A stretch of DNA of 64,000 bases, taken from the IMG/VR virus record IMGVR_UViG_3300032332_001787, positions 32,001 through 96,000 of that record. One strand, 5' to 3'. The notes under the pieces are model-generated. The model saw nothing but the letters and a program-made list of their open reading frames with translations, was not told the origin of the DNA and did not search any database. A program made the position numbers and the translations under genes. The number at the start of each line of letters is the position of its first letter. Within the stretch, counting starts at the first letter, position 1. The stretch comes from a virus (lineage: Duplodnaviria > Caudoviricetes). Below, piece by piece: positions 18,674-26,280 of the stretch.

Positions 18674-18939
18674 TCGGGAATGGTGTAACGGTAGCACAAG
18701 TGACTTTAATAAACTGGAGTGCGTCAAGAGAAATTTTGATGTAGAACCTCTCAAATTCGGGGAACGCTTAACTGCCAATCCCGAGCCAAGCCGGAAACGG
18801 AAGGTGTAACGACTTGACGGGAGGCACCTAAAACTTTTAGTCATGGTGATGGTAAAGTCTAGACTACAAACCGTAAGGGTAGCGAAAGCTATAGTAGTAA
18901 GTGGATCACTTTGTCTAGGTTCAAATCCTAGTTCCCGAA
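18674..18939 (+). tRNA. tRNA-Gln(TTG) interrupted by a group I intron
   Basis: TCGGGAA/TTCCCGA acceptor; spliced loop AGTGA-CTT|TGGA-TCACT. Confidence 0.85.
18707..18901 (+). ncRNA. group I intron (IC3-like, 195 nt) after U34 of tRNA-Gln
   Basis: P/Q/R/S-like CTCAAATTCGGGG, AATCCCGAGCC, GTAACGACTTGAC, AAAGTCTAGAC; ends in G and follows an exon U. Confidence 0.85.
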
Positions 18940-19631
18940 TTTAGTTTTTGCCAATAGCCTCTGCGATTAGTTAATTGGATTCCATATGCTTTAGCCCATT
19001 TACGAACAGAGTTATCTGTTACGTTATATTTTTTAGCTATAATACTCATAGGTATAGTAGCAATTAATTTTTCTAATTCCTCTTTAGATGGTCTTTCTAC
19101 TTTTCTGAGCCATGGTTTAGAAGTTTGTTTGATTTTAATCGGTTTTATCTTTTTGAATCTTTTACCAGCATAGGTATCTGTTTGGCTATGACAATTAGGA
19201 CACAAAAAACATAAATTAGATAATCTATTATCATTAGGAATTCCATTTTTGTGTTCTAGTTGCAAAGATATTTTTTTATTATTCCAGACATCTTTTAATC
19301 CGCATGACTCACACTGATATGGTATTAATTTATTTTGTATAATTCTTTTTTTTATACCACCCCTATTTGTTGTTCCGTTCTCGCAAAAAAATTGATCATC
19401 AGTTTTCTTTGGTGAAAATCTTTTACCTTTATTAGAGCCTCTACCAAGCGAAATGTGAGACATATCTATATTCTCATCTTTAGCTCGTCTTTTTACAGTA
19501 TGGTGGTTTCCTCCTTTATTATTTAAACCAAAATGACGTAGTATATCTGCTATTGTGTTTGATCTACAAACTAGAGTTTGGAATTCTTCTGTAGAAATTG
19601 ACCATATAATACTTCTTTTTTTTCTATTCAT
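18921..19631 (-). CDS. HNH homing endonuclease with N- and C-terminal HTH-like segments
   Basis: CESCG...LQLEHKNGIPNDNRLSNLCFLCPNCHSQT. Confidence 0.9.
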   Translation of the reverse strand: MNRKKRSIIWSISTEEFQTLVCRSNTIADILRHFGLNNKGGNHHTVKRRAKDENIDMSHISLGRGSNKGKRFSPKKTDDQFFCENGTTNRGGIKKRIIQNKLIPYQCESCGLKDVWNNKKISLQLEHKNGIPNDNRLSNLCFLCPNCHSQTDTYAGKRFKKIKPIKIKQTSKPWLRKVERPSKEELEKLIATIPMSIIAKKYNVTDNSVRKWAKAYGIQLTNRRGYWQKLNSGTRI

Positions 19632-19720
19632 GTTTAACTCCTTATTGGTACCATATATTATACACCATTCTGGTGTCTTGACAAGTTGCTTTATTCTGTT
19701 ATAATAGCATAAATCGACGG

Positions 19721-19792
19721 TGTCCGATAGCTCAACGGTAGAGTAGGCGGCTGTTAACCGCTTGGTTCTAGGTTCGAATCCTAGTCGGACAG
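19721..19792 (+). tRNA. tRNA-Asn(GTT)
   Basis: GGCGG-CTGTTAA-CCGCT; TGTCCGA/TCGGACA acceptor. Confidence 0.92.
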
Positions 19793-19797
19793 CTTAG

Positions 19798-19887
19798 GGA
19801 AGAGTGGCAGAGTGGTCATAATGCACTGGTTTACTAAACCAGCGATCTCTTAACCGGGGTCCGTGGGTTCGAATCCCACCTCTTCCG
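19798..19887 (+). tRNA. tRNA-Ser(ACT)
   Basis: CTGGT-TTACTAA-ACCAG, long variable arm, G73, GGAAGAG/CTCTTCC acceptor. Confidence 0.88.
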
Positions 19888-19890
19888 TTT

Positions 19891-19973
19891 GGTAGATTAC
19901 TCAAGTGGACAACGAGGGCAGACTGTAAATCTGCTGGCTATCGCCTTCGGGAGTTCGAATCTCTCATCTACCA
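19891..19973 (+). tRNA. tRNA-Tyr(GTA)
   Basis: GCAGA-CTGTAAA-TCTGC; variable arm; A73. Confidence 0.92.
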
Positions 19974-20054
19974 CTAAGTTGTTGATATGAAAGAACTTAG
20001 GACAAATCCGGCGGACCGGGTTCGACGTAAGTCCTTGCAACATAACGACTTAGG
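19973..20054. repeat. 82-bp repeat R15
   Basis: ACTAAGTTGTT-GATATGA-AAGAACTTAGG / 24 / CGTAAGTCCTT-GCAACAT-AACGACTTAGG. Confidence 0.9.
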
Positions 20055-20136
20055 ATTTTCTAAAGTTTGTTCTTGACAACTGCCGATAACTAGTGTATGA
20101 TTGCTAATCGGAGGCTGGCGACTGAGTTACGAGAGT

Positions 20137-20208
20137 GGCCCTATAGTCTAACGGCTAGGACGACAGCCTTTCACGCTGTAGATTGGAGTTCGATTCTCCA
20201 TAGGGTCA
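20137..20208 (+). tRNA. tRNA-Glu(TTC)
   Basis: ACAGC-CTTTCAC-GCTGT. Confidence 0.9.
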
Positions 20209-20512
20209 TTTGTTTCTGCTAATCCTACGGATTTGGTGGTCTTGGCGATAGTCAGCACGAATCCTAAAGTTTTGGCTCTTGACAGACCGATATTGGTATG
20301 GTAGACTATTGGAACAAGAAAGGAAAATGATGAAGAACCTTCGCATCTATGATATTCTGACTGAGGATGGTAAAACTCTGGCCGAAATTACTCTGTCTAT
20401 GCAAGAGGATTTTGATTGGGCTGATGTTTTCGACAAGCTGTATGATATGACTACAGAAAATGTAGAGAGTTATTCTTATGAGGAAATTGCCGTAAACGCC
20501 GAATAAGCTGAT

Positions 20513-20586
20513 GCGCCTCTAACTCAATTGGTCAGAGTAGCGGTCTTTTAAACCGTAAGTTCCGGGTTCGAGTCCCGGGGGGCGCA
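20513..20586 (+). tRNA. tRNA-Lys(TTT)
   Basis: GCGGT-CTTTTAA-ACCGT. Confidence 0.92.
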
Positions 20587-20639
20587 CTTGACAGTGACGA
20601 TTGTTGGTGTAGAATAGAGGTAAGAAAGGGAGTAAAAAT

Positions 20640-20813
20640 ATGAGATATGAAGATCATTATGACGGATACGATTATGACTATGATGAATTGGTAGAAAATA
20701 CCGAGGATCTTGGTCTGGACGAAGAACCTTGGATGCAAGATGCAGAAGAGGATGATGAAGTTCCGTCCTATGGTAAGAATTATTATCCTAGTATTGAAGA
20801 TGAAGATGACTGA
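20640..20813 (+). CDS. 57-aa highly acidic protein
   Basis: MRYEDHYDGYDYDYDELVENTEDLGLDEEPWMQDAEEDDE...; downstream of a promoter near 20588. Confidence 0.6.
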   Translation: MRYEDHYDGYDYDYDELVENTEDLGLDEEPWMQDAEEDDEVPSYGKNYYPSIEDEDD

Positions 20814-20818
20814 TCTTT

Positions 20819-20901
20819 GTGTGTGCTTCTAGGTGGGACTAGACCCTAATATATTTATCCTTTCTTGTAACGGGATGTTGGTTCAAATCCAACCACACAC
20901 T
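20819..20901 (+). ncRNA. tRNA-like element lacking a canonical anticodon arm
   Basis: GTGTGTG/CACACAC acceptor, TCTA/TAGA D arm, GTTGG-TTCAAAT-CCAAC T arm. Confidence 0.6.
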
Positions 20902-20903
20902 TT

Positions 20904-21407
20904 ATGAACGCTTTCCAGCAAGAGCTTGATGACTTTCGGCGTACCCCAGATGGTAAAATCATTCAAGGGGCTGCTCATACTAGCAGAGTATTAAATCACA
21001 AATATCGAAATGATGTGATTATCAAGGCTGTTTGTTCTCTGCGTAAGATTGAGAATGATTTTGACAGTATTGCTTGTTGTGGTGTGAGTGGTTTGATGGT
21101 AGTACCACAGATTGCGGAGATTCTCAATAAGAATATTATAGTTATTCGTAAGGATGAGCGGCGATATAGTGAATTCTTTATCGAAGGTGTTACTCCATCT
21201 AATTATGTTATTGTAGATGATTTAATTTGTTCTGGTAATACGGTTAAACGTATAACAAATAATATTCGTGCTGATGTTCCACGAGCAAAATGTATCGGTG
21301 CATATTTCTACATGGGTGAGGAGTGTGCCTATAATGCTTCCAATTCTAAACTTTTTGAGAAGCAGTTTGGGACGATCATCCTAAACCCTTACCGGCCAAA
21401 GACTTAG
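20904..21407 (+). CDS. type I phosphoribosyltransferase
   Basis: YVIVDDLICSGNT PRPP-binding loop. Confidence 0.85.
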   Translation: MNAFQQELDDFRRTPDGKIIQGAAHTSRVLNHKYRNDVIIKAVCSLRKIENDFDSIACCGVSGLMVVPQIAEILNKNIIVIRKDERRYSEFFIEGVTPSNYVIVDDLICSGNTVKRITNNIRADVPRAKCIGAYFYMGEECAYNASNSKLFEKQFGTIILNPYRPKT

Positions 21408-21461
21408 GACAAGGTGGGGCGGCCCCGGTCGCCGTAAGTCCTTATCTGTCAACCACTTACG
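21380..21461. repeat. 82-bp repeat R16
   Basis: CCTAAACCCTT-ACCGGCC-AAAGACTTAGG / 24 / CGTAAGTCCTT-ATCTGTC-AACCACTTACG. Confidence 0.9.
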
Positions 21462-21561
21462 ACCTGCGTAATTTTTCCAAAGTTTTCGCTTGACAGTGAC
21501 GATAACATAGTGTAGAATCAGTGAAGTAGAACGATTGAACAGAAACACGAAAGGGATGATT

Positions 21562-22515
21562 ATGGCTCATGCAGTTGAACAGATGATGTTTGTTGGTGCG
21601 ACCCCGTGGCACGGTCTGGGTAACCAGTTGGACGAGGCTCCCACAATTTCGGAGGCGATTACGGCCGCTGGTCTGGATTGGGAAGTGGGTCTGAAAGACC
21701 TGTTCACTCAAGAGGGCAGACCAGTTCCCGCCCGTGCTACCTATCGTAAGACCGACGACCATTCCATTCTCGGAGTTGTCGGCCCGCGATACACCCCGCT
21801 GCAAAACAGCGAGGCGTTCGATTGGTTCCAGCCGTTTCTGGATGCTGGTGAGTGCAATCTGCACACTGCCGGTTCTCTCCACAGCGGTGCGAAGGTTTGG
21901 GTTCTTGCCCAACTGAACCGCGACAATAGTGAGATCGTCAAGGGTGATGATGTTTGCAAGTTTATCCTGCTGTCCAACAGCCATGATGGTACGACCGCGA
22001 TTCGTGTCGGATATACTCCGATCCGCGTTGTGTGTGCGAACACGATGGCTATGGCTCACAGCAAGGGTAGTGGTTCCAAGCTGATTCGGATTCGTCATAC
22101 CCGTTCCAGCAAGAACAATCTGGAACAGGTTCGGGATATCATGGACAATATCAACGCAGAGTTTGAGGCGACTGCGGAGCAGTTCCGATTCCTCGCGTCG
22201 AAGAACTTCAACCAGAATGATGTTCGTCGATATGTTAAGGTGATGCTCGGCATCGAAGGTACTGCGGATGCGGATATTAAGACTCGCACCCGTAATATCA
22301 TGGATGAGATTCTCACCTTGGTGGAAGGCCCGAAGCAGAGTGCGACGGGGGTTCGCGGAACTTGGTGGGCCGCGTACAACGGCTACAACGAGTACCTGAA
22401 TTACAACAAGGGTCGCACGACCGATAATCGGCTCGATTCTCTCTGGTTCGGTCAGAACGCAAACGACAACGTGAAAGCGTTGGAGAAAGCTATGGAGTTC
22501 GCTCAGGCACTCTAA
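21562..22515 (+). CDS. DUF932/DUF945-family phage/plasmid protein
   Basis: TPWHGLG...GLDWEV...VVGPRYTPLQN...LLSNSHDGT...IRVVCANT...RIRHT. Confidence 0.85.
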   Translation: MAHAVEQMMFVGATPWHGLGNQLDEAPTISEAITAAGLDWEVGLKDLFTQEGRPVPARATYRKTDDHSILGVVGPRYTPLQNSEAFDWFQPFLDAGECNLHTAGSLHSGAKVWVLAQLNRDNSEIVKGDDVCKFILLSNSHDGTTAIRVGYTPIRVVCANTMAMAHSKGSGSKLIRIRHTRSSKNNLEQVRDIMDNINAEFEATAEQFRFLASKNFNQNDVRRYVKVMLGIEGTADADIKTRTRNIMDEILTLVEGPKQSATGVRGTWWAAYNGYNEYLNYNKGRTTDNRLDSLWFGQNANDNVKALEKAMEFAQAL

Positions 22516-22540
22516 TCCCTCGCAATGAGGGTTGACACGG

Positions 22541-22576
22541 GAGCCGCCACTCAGCAATGGGTGGCGGTTCTTTTTT
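22541..22576 (+). terminator. intrinsic terminator
   Basis: GAGCCGCCAC-loop-GTGGCGGTTC followed by TTTTTT. Confidence 0.85.
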
Positions 22577-22593
22577 GTGCCTAGGGCATTTCG

Positions 22594-22675
22594 TATAAAC
22601 CCTTATCAGCAAAGGACTTAGGGCGAGCGGGGCCGCGAAATCTTGTCCTAAGTTCAATGACACCAAGCACTTGCG
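22594..22675. repeat. 82-bp repeat R17
   Basis: TATAAACCCTT-ATCAGCA-AAGGACTTAGG / 24 / CCTAAGTTCAA-TGACACC-AAGCACTTGCG. Confidence 0.85.
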
Positions 22676-22909
22676 TCAATTTAGTAAAAGAATCTCGTAA
22701 GCCCCCTATTCCCAAAGGGTTGGAATGACGATATACTGTATGTGGACGTAAGGTGTGTAGTGGCAAGGGTTTAGGTTAAAATAGTAATAGAATTATAATA
22801 ATGAGTTGTATATTTTTCAAATCCGTATTTGTCTCGCCTAATCCTGCGGAATTGCTGACGTTGCTGATAGTCAGCCAGAATAGTGGCTATAATAACAAGC
22901 CTCTCTGTT

Positions 22910-22938
22910 CCTAAGTTCTTATGTTTTAACCACTTGCG
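22910..22938. repeat. solo 29-bp half of the repeat
   Basis: CCTAAGTTCTT-ATGTTTT-AACCACTTGCG; further solo or degenerate halves at 22747-22775 and 24116-24144. Confidence 0.6.
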
Positions 22939-25517
22939 TCAAGTGTTAGAGTGTGGTATACTAGAAGGAGTAACAACGATAGTAATAAGCTGATCAATAG
23001 TTGAGACTAATTCTCAATAGATAAAGATGGTTAGATTAGTAGTCTGATAATGTAGTCAGGCTAAATCACAGACCCCTTGAGAATGATGCAGGAAAGAAAT
23101 GAAAATTGTATTAGAAATAAATAGCTCTGAGGATTTTGACTACGAGTATTTTATTGACTGGCTCAATGACCAGTTGTTTGATAGTTCTATGTGTGGAACT
23201 GATGTTGATGCTGGTATTATTAGTGTGAATGGGGAGAATAAATACTAATGAAAGTTACTGATGAAAATAGACAAGAGATTATGAGTACCTATTGTAGCCG
23301 TCTCTTGGACGATATGGACTTTAATACTCTGTACAATTTTGCTTATGATATGTTGAGAGATAATAAAGAGGGATTGACCAATAAAATGTTGGAAGAACAG
23401 ATTACTGACTATTACCCTGACCTTTTGGAGACTGCATAATGCAAAAACTTTGGGATGAATCTGGTCAACCTCTTTTCTATAAAGAAAACGGAGAAAGAGA
23501 TTATCTTCAGGAAGCTCGTTATAGATACGTTTCTCCATCATGGATGAGCATGGCAGCATACTCTTGTTGTCCTGAGGAATTACAGGCCAGATTGAATAAC
23601 ATGGAGTGGGATGGAAAAACTCAATATATAATCAACAAGGAGAATAACTAATGGAAGTAGAACTTAGTAAACAAGAAGCTTGGAAGATTCTAGATGCTCT
23701 TGTTGCTTATAAGAAAGATTATACCTTAACGGGGCCAGTTAATAAGATTTTTGACAACATTACTAAAAAGCTCAAAGAGATTGTAAAGGATTAGTGGTGT
23801 AATAATTAGTAGGTTTGGGCCACCTTATTGTGGGGGCTTTATGTTGATATTGTGGAGAATATTACGAGCGATCTTTTGCGGATGTTTATTCGCCTGGATC
23901 GGAGTCTCTATGATGGAAACGGAACTAGAGATTCTTACTAATAGTTCTTATAAGGAATATATGGCTCTTGATCTGTTTTATGGATATTTGAGCATACGGA
24001 AGTTTTATGAGAATATTGTTTATGTTGCAGGAATAAACTTTATTCTAGGATTGTTAATAGGACTAATCTGGAAACCTGGTAGTATTAAAATCTAACAAGA
24101 GCGGTGAGTTGTTCTTGTAAGTTGTTTGGTTTCAAGGATTTGCGTCGAATGTGACGATATGGTATGATAGTGTTGTGGCGGTTGTGGTCAACATCCCTTT
24201 TCTTGTGAGGCACCATGTTCTATTTTGCTTTTATTATTTGTATTGGTCTTGGTGTTGCTAATGGCCTTCAAAATAGTTAAATGAATAGTATAAAAATCCT
24301 TGTTGAGTTTACTATGGCACAGACAAAGAATTCCATGAATGAAACTCTAGACAAGGCTCTATTAGATTCTTAGTATCTATTACTTATATCTTATGTGCTA
24401 TCAGAAGACTTGTAAATATTATCAATCAACCCCTGCATAATACATACTCTTTTCTCAAAACCCTGTCAAGGTAAAAAATTTCTTATGTCAACTTATTATT
24501 TATCGAGCAATGTAGATAGTCAGCCAAAGTGGTGGGTCAGTTAAAAAAGAGATAAGAAGTATAATTTGGTTCCTCAACCCTTCAGGGTATAATACAGTAG
24601 TCAACGGAGCCAATAGTCAAGCGTCATGGTGAGATGATGCGGGGCTTACGGAATCATGGGCAAAAGAGTTGTTTTTAAACTTTTACCATGAGGTGATTTA
24701 TGAAAAGTCGATTTATAGGTTCGGATAATAGGGTTGAGATTCAAAGAAAGTATATTGATCAGATCTTGGGTGAATTAGATTTCATGCAGATCAAAGATCG
24801 TTTAAGAGATTATCTGAGCAAGGAAAAAGATAAAGAATCTAATTATGCTTTGGAAGCTGAGATACGAAAAGAAGCTCCAGAAGTATTAGTAGATAATTGG
24901 GAAAGTTTTGATGGGCCAACTACCTTAATAGAGGAAGAAGGATATCATCATGCTTAAAACTTTCCATAGAATAATTTCTTTTGAAGTAGAGGGTGAGATA
25001 TATGATAACTCTACCTCTCCTGAAGATATTTTAAAAAGCTATGATTGGAGATTCAAAGGATTCCATGACAACCATGAGGATAAATGTTTTTTAGAATCAT
25101 CTCATGATAATAGTCGTGGACGTATTACTAAAATTATTCGAAAGAATAAAATTGGTAAAACGGACAGAGCAGATACAGAAACTTTTACAATCAAGAACTG
25201 AGGTGCTTTATGAATTATACATTAGTTTATTGGAGCGTTGGAGCTTTAGTAACATTGTTAGCATTAGTATCACTATACTATTACTCATGCCATTGTTCTC
25301 CTCCAGCTATTAAATAGTAAGTAAATAATAAATACCAATTACTAAGTCCGGTGGAATTAGTCCCAGCTAATCCGCCGGATTTGGTTTTATTGGTAGTAGT
25401 CAGCCAGATTGGGTGGTCAGTAAGAATCAGCAACTTGTCTAAAGCACGGATTAGCCTATTATAGTCTAAACGACAGTCGCACGGACGCGACATATTTTTC
25501 ACCAGGAGACTATTTTT

Positions 25518-25733
25518 ATGATGAAGTTTGTTCTTGTGTTCGCTCTTATGGTTCTTGGTTCGTCAACTTATGCTGGCGAATGTTCTAATGGACATTGTAC
25601 TCTACGCAGTCGCGTTGTCAATGTTACCCAAGAAATTGTTGCTGTTCCAGTAGCAGTTACCCGTCGAACAGTTGAGGCTACTCGTAATGTTGGTCGAAGA
25701 ACTGTGGCCCGCGTTCGTAGTGTGGTTCGTTAA
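25518..25733 (+). CDS. secreted small protein
   Basis: Signal peptide MKFVLVFALMVLGSSTYA-GECSNGHC. Confidence 0.65.
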   Translation: MMKFVLVFALMVLGSSTYAGECSNGHCTLRSRVVNVTQEIVAVPVAVTRRTVEATRNVGRRTVARVRSVVR

Positions 25734-25852
25734 TATTTATGGTTGATAATCTAAAGGGTTAGGATAACTTGTTGGATTATAGATCAATAGAGAATTCCCC
25801 CGAAAAAACTCGGGGGTCTTTTCTTAAATTTACTTTATTCATGGAGGAACTT

Positions 25853-26197
25853 ATGAAAAATTTTATGATTGCAATTGCTCTAGTTTTTGTCACTACTTTT
25901 ACCGCAGAGGCGGCTCGACCAAGATATTATAGTCAGCCAACTGTAAAGGTAGAAAGTTATGCAAGAACATACGTTGGTAACAATGATCAGGAGCGTTGTC
26001 AAGCAGAAGCAGATCATATGGCAGCTAATAACATTACTGGTCATGTTTGGGGTGTTATTGGTAATTTTGAAGGAGTTGGTTATGGTTCTAGTCCTAATTG
26101 TAACACTTGTACTCCAAGCAACAATATGACTCTAACAGGAGATGCGTCAGCACAAGGTCGAAATGGAATGTGGTATCGCGTAAGATCGTGGAGGTAA
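25853..26197 (+). CDS. secreted CAP/SCP-like protein
   Basis: Signal peptide ending AEA; CQAEADHMAANNITGH...FEGVGYG. Confidence 0.5.
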   Translation: MKNFMIAIALVFVTTFTAEAARPRYYSQPTVKVESYARTYVGNNDQERCQAEADHMAANNITGHVWGVIGNFEGVGYGSSPNCNTCTPSNNMTLTGDASAQGRNGMWYRVRSWR

Positions 26198-26207
26198 TCT
26201 CTACTAG

Positions 26208-26280
26208 GCAAGAGTAGCTCAATTGGCAGAGCGTTAGGTTTCCAACCTGAATGTTGAGGGTTCAAGTCCCTTCTCTTGCT
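26208..26280 (+). tRNA. tRNA-Gly(TCC)
   Basis: TTAGG-TTTCCAA-CCTGA; GCAAGAG/CTCTTGC acceptor. Confidence 0.9.

Noticed and set aside
21457-22557. 366-aa minus-strand ORF
   Set aside because: Shadow of the DUF932-family gene on the + strand.
3426-22675. 82-bp repeats as a CRISPR array
   Set aside because: The intervening segments are 0.5-1.9-kb gene-containing cassettes, the repeats are degenerate, and no cas gene was recognised.
18611-26265. ORFs 18611-18844, 20532-20738 and 26080-26265
   Set aside because: They are antisense translations of tRNA genes or intron sequence.
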